Shown here: positions 48,081 to 56,908 of the stretch, in pieces
Layout of the letters: every line of letters starts with the position of its first letter
Position numbering within the stretch: the stretch's first letter is position 1
NCBI GenBank assembly: GCA_963812045.1
Contig: CAWETF010000003.1
Span: 40,209 to 104,208 of the forward strand
Direction of reading: 5' to 3'
Source of the DNA: an uncultured delta proteobacterium
Lineage (GTDB): Bacteria > Desulfobacterota > Syntrophia > Syntrophales > Smithellaceae
Length of the DNA: 64,000 nt
Position numbers and translations under genes: made by a program
Notes under the pieces: model-generated
Databases searched by the model: none
Told to the model about the DNA's origin: nothing
The model's input: only the letters and a program-made list of their open reading frames with translations

Positions 48081-49733
48081 ATGAAAATCAGGAAAATATT
48101 CAGCACAGCATTGTTGATCTTTGGCGCAATCAGCACTCTTATAATTTTTTCAAGTAACGCTTATGCTGACTTAGGCTCCGGGATTGGCGAATTTTATATC
48201 TGGTTTTTAATTATTGCCTCGTTACAGATAGTGCTTCTTATTACATGGTTCATTGTACATATATTATCCAAAAAGAGTTCTATAGCAATACTGATAACTC
48301 GGACTTTTATTGATTTGGCGACGATTATAATCAGTTCAATTTCAATATGGTTTTTTTCTACTACTGCACTCGGCATCCCTTTGGGTTCCGGATTATGGGA
48401 GGCAATATTCAATTCATTGACCTGTTTTAATTATTATAAACTTTCTATTTTAGTCATATTAATTTTATTTATTCTTTATTTTATGAACCAATGGATAATA
48501 TCTCTATCGAAATCCAACCGTATCGTAATTCATTTTTTCCAGTGCATATTTGTAATATTAACCATATTAATAATATTTTCACCGACGTTTGCAGGGCCGG
48601 TTACACGATGGTTTGTAAATCCAGATTCATTAATACGGTATGACGAGCCGTTTTCGACATTAAACAATGCAAAACTATGTGCTGAATGTTATGGTTTTGA
48701 TAAGAAAATAATTTCATTCTATGACTTTGAAATGAAATTGTATGAAAGTTCAGAATATGAGGTGTTGAAACCTATCGAAAAACCCGCCGCACCGCCTATT
48801 ACAGTGCCAGTCACGAATACTCCATCAGCGCCGCAACCTATTGATCAAAAGACCCAAAATCTTTCTACACAAACAGAGAATGATTATGATGTTAACGATT
48901 ATTTAATTCTCCAGGATATTGGTGATTATAAATTAAGAACTTATAGAAATATTTCATTTACAGAAAACAAGCGCATCAACAATAATTATATACTGAAGAT
49001 TGGAGTTGAACCTTTTGAGGGTGGTCATTATATTCCGGATCATAAAGATATAGCTTATATTACGGAATATTCGAGAGAAAGAATTAAAAGACAACCTTCT
49101 GATGATTCAAGATCAAAAAGATTAAGATTTATATGTAATTGCGGTGATGTTGATATAAACATTGTAAGACATATGGGCGGTGAGTCTGACAAATGGCTTC
49201 AACACGAATTAGTTGAAGAATTTATACGGGGAGAAGATGGAAAAGAAAAAATATTAACTACAGATATAAACGGTAATAAAGTATTTACAATGACTAAATG
49301 TGGTTTTGCTCTACAAGATGTTACTTATGGGTGGTTGCATAATAATGTGATCATTAAAATTAAATGTGACAGAGAGATTGGTTACAAGACTACACCAACA
49401 GAAATAATCAGTGCCTATCTCAAAAAGTTTCCTTCAACAATTCAACCAGTGGATATTAAAAAATGGAAACGTGATAGGACGGAATACGAATTATGGCTTG
49501 GCAAAAAATGGATGAAACAGATAAAGAATGCAGAACCGCTAGATGATAAAATTTTAACAATCGCGTTAAAGCACATTTTTCTTTATTTGAATTTTAGAGA
49601 GGAAGAATATGGTAAAAAGGCGATTGATGACAAAAAGAAACTCTGGAAATTATATCTGGCAAAAGATCTCCCGCAAATAAATAAATTTGTCGCTGATAAT
49701 GAAAAGTGGTTGGCACAAGAAGTTAAAAAATAA
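48081..49733 (+). CDS. ORFan membrane protein: signal peptide, about 6 TM segments, Pro-rich linker, ~290-aa soluble C-terminal domain
   Basis: GGGAGG RBS before ATG 48081. Features are MKIRKIFSTALLIFGAISTLIIFSSNAYA, a hydrophobic block, and the linker PAAPPITVPVTNTPSAPQP. No family is recognised. The gene is AT-rich. Confidence 0.5.
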   Translation: MKIRKIFSTALLIFGAISTLIIFSSNAYADLGSGIGEFYIWFLIIASLQIVLLITWFIVHILSKKSSIAILITRTFIDLATIIISSISIWFFSTTALGIPLGSGLWEAIFNSLTCFNYYKLSILVILILFILYFMNQWIISLSKSNRIVIHFFQCIFVILTILIIFSPTFAGPVTRWFVNPDSLIRYDEPFSTLNNAKLCAECYGFDKKIISFYDFEMKLYESSEYEVLKPIEKPAAPPITVPVTNTPSAPQPIDQKTQNLSTQTENDYDVNDYLILQDIGDYKLRTYRNISFTENKRINNNYILKIGVEPFEGGHYIPDHKDIAYITEYSRERIKRQPSDDSRSKRLRFICNCGDVDINIVRHMGGESDKWLQHELVEEFIRGEDGKEKILTTDINGNKVFTMTKCGFALQDVTYGWLHNNVIIKIKCDREIGYKTTPTEIISAYLKKFPSTIQPVDIKKWKRDRTEYELWLGKKWMKQIKNAEPLDDKILTIALKHIFLYLNFREEEYGKKAIDDKKKLWKLYLAKDLPQINKFVADNEKWLAQEVKK

Positions 49734-49839
49734 TTAACTGTGATTTGCAATTTCATTAAAAGCAAATATAAGATAAAATGTAATCAAACGATCTGATAGT
49801 TGAAGTAAAAGAATTGATATCTAGAAACTTGAGGAGCTT

Positions 49840-50160
49840 ATGACATTAGAGTTTTCCAGATATGAAATTAACAGGAAAATAAGGCATATTCTTGTCAGTC
49901 ATAACGCTGATATGACGAAAATAATATATTCCTTTGTCCACAGAACGGTATATTTGAACGGTTCTTTGGTCAAAGAGTCTCACGAAGAGTTCAATATTGT
50001 CATTATCAAAGGCATCATAGCGGAATTAATGAAGCTGCCTCGCGTGCAGAAAGTTCAGTTTGACTTGGATAACTGGCTTATTAACAGTGAACCGGGAGAA
50101 TTAAATATTGTAAAAAAGAAAGGAATAGGGGGGACGCATATACCGAGACATAAGCAATAA
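49840..50160 (+). CDS. Hypothetical 106-aa protein
   Basis: ORF preceded by GAGGAG. No recognisable motif. Confidence 0.4.
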   Translation: MTLEFSRYEINRKIRHILVSHNADMTKIIYSFVHRTVYLNGSLVKESHEEFNIVIIKGIIAELMKLPRVQKVQFDLDNWLINSEPGELNIVKKKGIGGTHIPRHKQ

Positions 50161-50166
50161 CCTTCA

Positions 50167-50571
50167 TTGAATCATATTACGCCCCCGGTATCTGCTATGC
50201 TGTTCAAGGCTTTGGTAACAATTTTGATTTGTAATGCAGTTTTCGTGATTATCTCCATCCCGTTGATTTTGCGCAAAGTGCCTAGAAATATTGTTTACGG
50301 TTTCCGCACGAGAGCCACATTGGAAAATGACTTCGTCTGGTACGAAGCCAACGCTTACTTTGGCAAGCTTTTCTTAATCAGCAGTCTTGTTTCCGCGCTT
50401 CTGATGGTATTCCTTTATTTATCGGATATTTTTCCCATGGAGAATTTTATTAAAACCAGTATTGCTGTGTTGGTTGTTCCCTCAATGGTCGCGGTTTTGT
50501 TGACGTTTAACTATATAAAGAAGTTAAATAAAATTGGCAGGGATGAAGCTAAAAAAAAGAAAACTCCATGA
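50167..50571 (+). CDS. Small membrane protein, SdpI/YhfL-like
   Basis: The sequence PRNIVYGFRTRATLENDFVWYEAN between TM segments resembles the SdpI-family N-x2-G-x-R-T...W motif. The start is a non-ATG TTG. Confidence 0.4.
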   Translation: MNHITPPVSAMLFKALVTILICNAVFVIISIPLILRKVPRNIVYGFRTRATLENDFVWYEANAYFGKLFLISSLVSALLMVFLYLSDIFPMENFIKTSIAVLVVPSMVAVLLTFNYIKKLNKIGRDEAKKKKTP

Positions 50572-50584
50572 GGCCCGGTTTTCT

Positions 50585-51259
50585 TTATGGGCAGGGTTCG
50601 AACTTATATCCAACACTATAGACGGATTGGATTAATGTTGCTTCAGGATCAACTGTTTCGATTTTTCTCCGTAATTTTTTTATGTGACTGTCTATTGTGC
50701 GGTCGCTGACAAAGCGCTCCTCTTGATAAATTTTATCCATAATCTGCTGACGGCTGAAAATATGACCGGGATGTTCGACGAGGATTTTAAGCAGCTTGAA
50801 TTCCACGGCAGTCAATTCCAACTCTCGGCCATGAAGAGTGGCCTGGTAGGTGTGTTCATCAAGAACAAGCCCCTGTGCCTGAAGAGTCTGACCATCAAGG
50901 GTTCGGCGCAGGACCGCCTTGACCCTTGCTACAACTTCACGCGGGCTGAAAGGTTTGCAGATATAATCGTCCGCGCCAAGTTCAAGTCCCAGTAAACGAT
51001 CGATTTCCTCGATCCTCGCGGTTACCATAATGATGGGTACACGGGAAAAAGTCCGGATACTTTTGCATATTTCCATGCCATCGCGTCCGGGCAACATAAT
51101 ATCCAGAATGATCAAATGGGGTTTGTTTTCCCGCACCCAGGTTTCGACCTGTGTGCCTTCGAATAGAGTGAAAACTTCAAAGAGGGAGGCTTTCAAATAA
51201 TCAGCCAGCAGCGCGGCAAGTTTCGGTTCGTCTTCCACAATGAGTATTTTTTCTGTCAC
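50585..51259 (-). CDS. OmpR/PhoB-family response regulator (winged-helix DNA binding)
   Basis: ILIVEDE...LDIMLPGRDG...KPF receiver domain. C-terminal LTAVEFKLLxxL...R..DxHIxxLRRKIE...I.SVYSVGYKF. Confidence 0.9.
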   Translation of the reverse strand: MTEKILIVEDEPKLAALLADYLKASLFEVFTLFEGTQVETWVRENKPHLIILDIMLPGRDGMEICKSIRTFSRVPIIMVTARIEEIDRLLGLELGADDYICKPFSPREVVARVKAVLRRTLDGQTLQAQGLVLDEHTYQATLHGRELELTAVEFKLLKILVEHPGHIFSRQQIMDKIYQEERFVSDRTIDSHIKKLRRKIETVDPEATLIQSVYSVGYKFEPCP

Positions 51260-52686
51260 CGGCGTCCCTCGTAAACAGGTATTTTGATTCGTATTAGTAA
51301 TCCGCCCAGAGGCGATGGGTGCGCTGATATAATTCCGTCATGCGCGTCAACGATTTTTTTGCTTATCGTTAATCCGAGACCGGCGCCACCGGAACTCCTG
51401 TTGCGTGATCCTTCCACACGGTAGAATCGTTCGAATAATCTTTCCATATCATCTGCAGAAACTCCGGGCTTCGAATCCTGAAATTCAATTGTGATGAAAT
51501 CGCCATTGATTTTGGCTGCTATTTCAAGGGTACCCCCCGCATCTGTATATTTCAGGGAATTTTCCAGCAAGTTTGCATAAAGCTGTTTCAGCCGTTCTCT
51601 GTCGGCAAATCCGATGGCCTTCATACTGCCGGGGATATTTTCTTTGAGAGTAATGCCTTTGCGGTCAAACTCCGTGCGATAAGATTGTATGGAATCTCTG
51701 AGAGTTTTTATCAGATCAAGATTCTCCTTATGATAGGTCAATGTGCCAAGATCAGACAGAGAAATCTGGTAGAGATCTTCCACCAGACGTTTCAGCCGCA
51801 ACGTTTCCGCATGAAGGGAGTGAATGGTTTCCGGAGTCGTTTGATGGATGCCATCCAGCAGAGCTTCAATTTCACCCTGGAGCACAGCAACAGGGGTGCG
51901 TAATTCGTGAGAAATATCGGCAATCCATTGACGCCGTTCTTTTTCATGCTTTTCCAATGTCAACGCCATGGCGTTAAAATCACGCGCCAGTTGACCCAGT
52001 TCATCCGTGGATGAGAAAGAAATGCGCGTAGTATATTTTCCAGAGGCAATGTCATGAGTGGCCGCAGCCATCGCCCGAATCGGTTTGACAATTCGCCGCG
52101 CAAGCGGAAATGAAATAATAATAACAATCAGAACCACGCCGGCGGCTCCCAGGACAAGCGCAAGTTTTTGCTGACTGAGGAACCTGCCCTGCATAGGATG
52201 ATGGAAATGCTCCGGTGAAATAAGTCCTACATAACCTGCTTTGTTGCCATGAACAATAATCGGATGCAAATCTATTTTTTCATCCGGAGGGTAAAAGCCA
52301 TAAATTAATTGCTTGTCAGGATTTAAGATGACGAAAGGGTTGGGGGAATGGTTCCCGCGTGGACCCATCGGTGGATTGTCGAAGTGTCGATCTCTATCCT
52401 GTGCAAAAAGCGGGGGACGATCCATCGGAGGTTCGGGAGGTGGCATGGAATCGTCCGGATTCCAGTGCGGCGGTTTGGTTTTTAAAAAATCCCAGTTTTG
52501 ATTTTGTTCGTATTTTTTTCCCAGATCATCCGCAATCTGCACTAATTTTTTTTGCTCCAGATTTCCAAGATACTGAGAAAATCCCCTGTCAATATTCCAC
52601 CACATAATCAATATAAGGAAGAGAATCGCCAAACCGGTAGCGCACAGGATTAATAAAAACAGGCGATAAGTAATTCCCATCTTCAT
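51256..52686 (-). CDS. Sensor histidine kinase (2 TM, Pro-rich periplasmic loop, HAMP, HisKA, HATPase_c), BaeS/CpxA-like
   Basis: H-box ADISHELRTPV, N-box NLLENSLKY and G-boxes DSKPGV / GGAGLGLTI. 4-nt overlap with the response-regulator gene. Confidence 0.9.
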   Translation of the reverse strand: MKMGITYRLFLLILCATGLAILFLILIMWWNIDRGFSQYLGNLEQKKLVQIADDLGKKYEQNQNWDFLKTKPPHWNPDDSMPPPEPPMDRPPLFAQDRDRHFDNPPMGPRGNHSPNPFVILNPDKQLIYGFYPPDEKIDLHPIIVHGNKAGYVGLISPEHFHHPMQGRFLSQQKLALVLGAAGVVLIVIIISFPLARRIVKPIRAMAAATHDIASGKYTTRISFSSTDELGQLARDFNAMALTLEKHEKERRQWIADISHELRTPVAVLQGEIEALLDGIHQTTPETIHSLHAETLRLKRLVEDLYQISLSDLGTLTYHKENLDLIKTLRDSIQSYRTEFDRKGITLKENIPGSMKAIGFADRERLKQLYANLLENSLKYTDAGGTLEIAAKINGDFITIEFQDSKPGVSADDMERLFERFYRVEGSRNRSSGGAGLGLTISKKIVDAHDGIISAHPSPLGGLLIRIKIPVYEGRR

Positions 52687-52861
52687 GGTTGCATTTCACC
52701 TCTAATGCCAGTTTATTGATATAGCGTTTGAGCGTCAAGACTAAAAAGCACAACAGCCAAAAGTCGAAAGAAAGGATTCTTTATACTTATAATCAAAATT
52801 TCTTTTGTTATCGTTTGTTTACCATACATATAACCCCAGATAAGATAAAAACAGTTATCTC

Positions 52862-52914
52862 AAATTTCCTCATTTCCTTCATATTTGTGCCACATTTGAC
52901 TGCTATGATTCGTT
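52862..52914 (+). promoter_or_regulatory. Conserved promoter module 1: phased direct repeat CATATTTG-N3-CACATTTG plus TATGAT -10 (candidate response-regulator box)
   Basis: 46/53 identical to 54991-55043. Half-sites at 52880-52887 and 52891-52898 are 11 bp start to start. TATGAT is at 52904-52909. The module ends 47 nt before the GTG start at 52962. Confidence 0.55.
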
Positions 52915-52961
52915 CTACAGGCAGTTAAGCTGAATATCATGATAAATGAGGAGAGGGAATA

Positions 52962-54953
52962 GTGAAAAAAAATGAAGCACATGGAAGCTCTGTTGAGTTG
53001 TTGCAGAACGTTTCTGACGGGACTTTCAAGAAAGATATAATCAAAAGATACCATAGTACAAACGTAACGGCCGTCGCACTGTTGATATTATGTTTTTTGA
53101 CTGTAATGGGTTGCGGAAGTGATTCTACGGATACTTCAACCGATGCGAACGCCGGCACAACTGCCACTACAACCGTGCTGGGCGTATCTTCTGCGTCGGT
53201 AACTTACGGAACAAGTGTCACATTGACGGCGACGATCACGCCGGCAGCCGCGACCGGAACGGTTACCTTCTATGATGGCACGACATCGCTGGGCACAGCA
53301 ACGCTGAGTTCCGGATCAGCTTCACTGGTGACCAGTACGCTGGCCGTGGGGTCGCATACCATTACCGCTTCTTACGGAGGATCGAGTACCTATGCCATCA
53401 GCACCTCAGGCTCGATAACAGTTACAATTAGCACGTCTTCCGCGACCGCCTCAATCACACTCTCTGCCTCGCCGACTTCGGTTACTGTCGGCAGCGGCGT
53501 TGCGCTTACGGTTGTCGTTTCACCCATCACTTCAACCGGGACCGTAACTTTTTATGATGGATCCAGTATTCTTGGAACAGCCAATCTGATTTCCGGCTCG
53601 GCCACCGCAACCCTGACGACAACGGCATTGGCCGCCGGTACACACACCATTACTGCCGGCTATTCATCGATCACATCGAATTCCGTCAAGGTATCTATTA
53701 CGACTGCCACTGCGGGTAGCTTCACCTCGGGTAGCTCCTGTGGTACCAATGCAGGGACGAGTGCCTATGTGCTCAGCTCAGGGATGCTCATTACCAATGG
53801 CGCTAGTTACTCGACATCTAGCGCGGACCAGAGCGCTATTTGCGTCAATGGTGCGAGCGCTTATCTGACGCTTCTCAATCCGACCATTTCCACCAGCGGC
53901 GCCACCTCGTCAACCGACAACTCCAGCTTTTATGGTTTAGATGCGGCAGTGCTGGATTACAATGGCGGTGATCTTACCATTGACGGTGGTACCATCAGCA
54001 CGACGGGACAGGGAGGGAATAATGTCTTTGCCTATGGAACAGGCACAGTAACGATCAGCAATGCCACGGTGAAGGCTACGGGTGCCAACGGCCACGGTTT
54101 ATATGCGGCCGGGGGTGGCACAATGGTTGTAAACAACGTAACCGCTTCGAGTTCGGGCCAATCCGGTTCTATCGTGGCAACGGATCGCGGTGGCGGCACC
54201 ATCACGATTACCGGTGGCACCTACTTAGCAAGCGGACAACGCTCCGCTGGCATCTATTCTACCGGTGTAGTAACTGCCATAAACGCGACATTTAGCGCAA
54301 CCAACGCTGAGGCCATCGTGATCGAGGGAAGTAATACGGCCACCTTGACCAATTCCATCCTGATCGCAACGTCAAACACAAGTGAACATCGCGGTATCTT
54401 CCTTTACCACAGTATTTCGGGCGATGCTGACAATACGACATGCGGCAGACTGGGCTCATGCTTCACGATGACGGGCGGGTCGTTTACCTATACCGATACG
54501 ACAAACTCCAGTTCCACGGCGACCTCCAACTGCGCCGCCTTTGTCAACTCCAACTCGACGGCGTATTTTTCACTCACTGATGTCACGATAAACAATAGCT
54601 GTCCGACACTGCTGCTCTCAGCGCTTAACTCGAATTGGCCGGAAGCTGGCGGCACCACCACTTTCGAGGCGTATGGTGTAACCTTGAGCGGTAACGTAAT
54701 CGTGGACGCCAATAGCACGGCTGATATCACTCTCTCTTCCAGCGCCAGCGTCGCTTCTATACTTACAGGCGCAATCAATAGCGCGAACTCCGGATCGACG
54801 AAAATGGCGTTGACTCTCGATGCTGCCAGTAAATGGGTGATGACGGGAACATCGTATTTGACTGCTTTAACTGATGCCGATATTTCCTATAGTAACATCA
54901 CCAAGAGTTGTTCTTCCTGTTATGTTTATGTGGGAGGCTCGGTTATTAAATAA
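52962..54953 (+). CDS. Large secreted/lipoprotein: two or three Ig-like repeats followed by a Gly/Thr/Ser-rich parallel beta-helix-like domain
   Basis: Hydrophobic leader ending LTVMGC (lipobox-like). Repeated TVTFYDG(T/S)xxLGTAxLxSGSA...HTITA(S/G)Y units are characteristic of bacterial Ig-like domains. The C-terminal ~400 aa has periodic G-G-x-I/V-T-I/V turns. Confidence 0.6.
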   Translation: MKKNEAHGSSVELLQNVSDGTFKKDIIKRYHSTNVTAVALLILCFLTVMGCGSDSTDTSTDANAGTTATTTVLGVSSASVTYGTSVTLTATITPAAATGTVTFYDGTTSLGTATLSSGSASLVTSTLAVGSHTITASYGGSSTYAISTSGSITVTISTSSATASITLSASPTSVTVGSGVALTVVVSPITSTGTVTFYDGSSILGTANLISGSATATLTTTALAAGTHTITAGYSSITSNSVKVSITTATAGSFTSGSSCGTNAGTSAYVLSSGMLITNGASYSTSSADQSAICVNGASAYLTLLNPTISTSGATSSTDNSSFYGLDAAVLDYNGGDLTIDGGTISTTGQGGNNVFAYGTGTVTISNATVKATGANGHGLYAAGGGTMVVNNVTASSSGQSGSIVATDRGGGTITITGGTYLASGQRSAGIYSTGVVTAINATFSATNAEAIVIEGSNTATLTNSILIATSNTSEHRGIFLYHSISGDADNTTCGRLGSCFTMTGGSFTYTDTTNSSSTATSNCAAFVNSNSTAYFSLTDVTINNSCPTLLLSALNSNWPEAGGTTTFEAYGVTLSGNVIVDANSTADITLSSSASVASILTGAINSANSGSTKMALTLDAASKWVMTGTSYLTALTDADISYSNITKSCSSCYVYVGGSVIK

Positions 54954-54990
54954 CACCGTCGCGTGTATGAAAAGAAAGATCAATTATTTT

Positions 54991-55043
54991 AAATTTTCTC
55001 ATTTCCTTCATATTTGCGTCATATTTGTCTGTTATGATTCATT
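54991..55043 (+). promoter_or_regulatory. Conserved promoter module 2: CATATTTG-N3-CATATTTG plus TATGAT -10
   Basis: Half-sites at 55009-55016 and 55020-55027 (11-bp phasing). TATGAT is at 55033-55038. The module ends 48 nt before ATG 55092. Confidence 0.55.
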
Positions 55044-55091
55044 TCACAAAGTAGTAGAGGATTGTGATCAAATGAAAGGAGCGTGTTGAGC

Positions 55092-55397
55092 ATGAACAAA
55101 TTAATGATCAGTATAATGCTGGTACTTCTTCTGCTGTCGGCGCAGGCGGAAGAAACGAATAGCCCTCCGACGCAACAGCAGGGACGCATGATGAAGCCTC
55201 CGCCGGAAGCGATTGCCGCCTGCACAGGAAAGAGCGAAGGAACTACCGTGCAGTTTACCACTCCGCGCGGGGATACGCTCAAGGGTGTCTGTAAACAGGT
55301 TGACGGTGTGCTGGCAGCTATGCCGCCTGATGGAGGAGCGCCACCGCCGAAAGGCAGCAAACCTGATGAAGGCAATGGCGGACAATCGTCGAATTAA
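55092..55397 (+). CDS. Small secreted Pro-rich protein with two Cys
   Basis: AAGGAG RBS 10 nt upstream. Signal peptide MNKLMISIMLVLLLLSAQA. The mature part is PPPEAIAACTGKSEGTTVQFTTPRGDTLKGVCKQVDGVLAAMPP. Confidence 0.55.
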   Translation: MNKLMISIMLVLLLLSAQAEETNSPPTQQQGRMMKPPPEAIAACTGKSEGTTVQFTTPRGDTLKGVCKQVDGVLAAMPPDGGAPPPKGSKPDEGNGGQSSN

Positions 55398-55434
55398 CTT
55401 TAAAAAAGGGCTTTATTGTAAAGGAGAAAGTATA

Positions 55435-56019
55435 ATGAAAAAAATATTAAGTTGCTTCGTTTTAAGTTTTTTAATTTTGTTTATTGCATTGCAGTTGTCT
55501 TATGCGGAATCAGTTCCCTTAATGGATAAACCGGAAAAGGGTTTTCAGGAAGAGGGTTTCCCTCCGATGATGCCTTCCTGCCCCTGTCCCATGGAACAAA
55601 TGGAAGGGATGCCGGGATTCGGACATTATTTCTGGATGCAGATGGATGAACTTAAGTTTGATGAAAAGCAGAAGGATGCGTTGAAAGAAATTGAAAACGC
55701 CGCCTTAAAGGAATTGATCAGAAAGAGAGCCGATAAGCAGATTGCCGAAATTGAATTGAGGGAACTTCTGGAAAAGGAGAGCGTCGATTTGAAGGCAGTC
55801 GAGGCAAAGCTAAAACAGATTGCGGCCATTAACGCCGAAACGCAGTTGATTGCCATTAAATCAATGGAAAGCATGAAAGCTAAACTGACTCCCGAACAGC
55901 GTCAAATGCTTAAGAAATTAAGACCGATGGAAGATCGAATGAAGCCGCCTATGATGAGAAAGGGAATGCGTGACGAAATGAAAATGCCTCCGCCCCATGC
56001 CGGGGAAAAAGGAGAATAA
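55435..56019 (+). CDS. Periplasmic Spy/CpxP/ZraP-family (LTxxQ motif) stress protein
   Basis: AAGGAGAAAG RBS and signal peptide MKKILSCFVLSFLILFIALQLSYA. It is a helical Lys/Glu-rich protein with LTPEQRQMLKKL (LTxxQ) and an earlier degenerate KFDEKQKDAL copy. Confidence 0.65.
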   Translation: MKKILSCFVLSFLILFIALQLSYAESVPLMDKPEKGFQEEGFPPMMPSCPCPMEQMEGMPGFGHYFWMQMDELKFDEKQKDALKEIENAALKELIRKRADKQIAEIELRELLEKESVDLKAVEAKLKQIAAINAETQLIAIKSMESMKAKLTPEQRQMLKKLRPMEDRMKPPMMRKGMRDEMKMPPPHAGEKGE

Positions 56020-56023
56020 CAAA

Positions 56024-56641
56024 GTGAATGATCAAAGGAGAATTTTTACTCAATTTTTGTTTTGTTTCCTGAGTTTCATGCTTCTGATAGTGGTTGGTTG
56101 CAGCATCAATGATGATACTGCAACGACCTACACTATTTCCGGCGCGGCAACTATATATGGAACTGGAGATTCTCTTGCCAATGTAACAATCAATCTGACG
56201 GGTGCGGCAACCTCCTCTACAGCAACTAACTCAAACGGAGCCTTCAGCTTTACCGGAGCGGCGAATGGGACATATATGCTGACCCCCTCTCTTGCGGACT
56301 ATACATTCAATCCAGTCAGTACCGTAGTCATTATCGACGGAGCAAATATAACCGACACTAACTTTGTAGCGATGTCTACTGGTGGCGCTGACACTTACAG
56401 CATTTCCGGAACGATTACCGGCTACATTCAGTCGGATGTCAAGCTTACGTTAAGCGGTGGTACATCAGGAACGGTAATGACAGCCTCTGACGGAACCTAT
56501 TCTTTTGCGAACGTCGAGGGTGGTAATACCTATATAGTGACGCCATCCCTGTCGGGTTATACTTTTTATCCTGTGTATAGAGAATTTACGATAGGTACGG
56601 AAAATGCTGCTAATATTGATTTTACATCATCATCGGATTGA
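56024..56641 (+). CDS. Lipoprotein with two carboxypeptidase-regulatory-like (CarboxypepD_reg) beta-sandwich repeats
   Basis: GTG 56024 lies 9 nt after GGAG, or the start may be ATG 55997. Lipobox LIVVGC. The unit Y(T/S)ISG...(S/N)xxGxY(S/M)(F/L)...G(T/N)Y...TPSLxxYTFxP occurs twice. Confidence 0.55.
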   Translation: MNDQRRIFTQFLFCFLSFMLLIVVGCSINDDTATTYTISGAATIYGTGDSLANVTINLTGAATSSTATNSNGAFSFTGAANGTYMLTPSLADYTFNPVSTVVIIDGANITDTNFVAMSTGGADTYSISGTITGYIQSDVKLTLSGGTSGTVMTASDGTYSFANVEGGNTYIVTPSLSGYTFYPVYREFTIGTENAANIDFTSSSD

Positions 56642-56836
56642 TTTTTACTTTGAGTGAAAAAATTACTTTGACTTGAAAATAATAAAAGGACGCAGTTAAG
56701 AATTTGAGAGTGTGGCAACCACTGAAAAGGAAGTGATGTTCAATAAAAAACTGCCGCCTCCCTCTTACAGAAAGACTGAAAAAAGGAGATTGACATCATT
56801 ATTAAATTCAACGGCTAAAAGCCTCATCCTTAAAAT

Positions 56837-56908
56837 GGCAGTTGCGGAAAATCCACATATAATTTCATTTTCCCCTCACTAATGAAGTTATATATTTCCG
56901 CAACTGCC
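56837..56908. repeat. 14-bp perfect inverted repeat (GGCAGTTGCGGAAA / TTTCCGCAACTGCC) with a 44-nt AT-rich loop in a 620-bp non-coding region
   Basis: Arms are at 56837-56850 and 56895-56908. The flanking AAAAT/ATTTT extend the pairing if GCCTCC is bulged out. Confidence 0.6.

Noticed and set aside
53150-53700. Possible tandem DNA repeat or phase-variation tract in the Ig-like repeat region
   Set aside because: The repeats are conserved at protein level but clearly diverged at nucleotide level. There is no perfect tandem unit or homopolymer tract.
55213-55434. Upstream extension of the Spy/CpxP-like ORF, which would give 268 aa overlapping the preceding gene
   Set aside because: The extension overlaps the small secreted-protein gene in another frame. 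ATG 55435 has a strong AAGGAG-type RBS and gives a canonical signal peptide.
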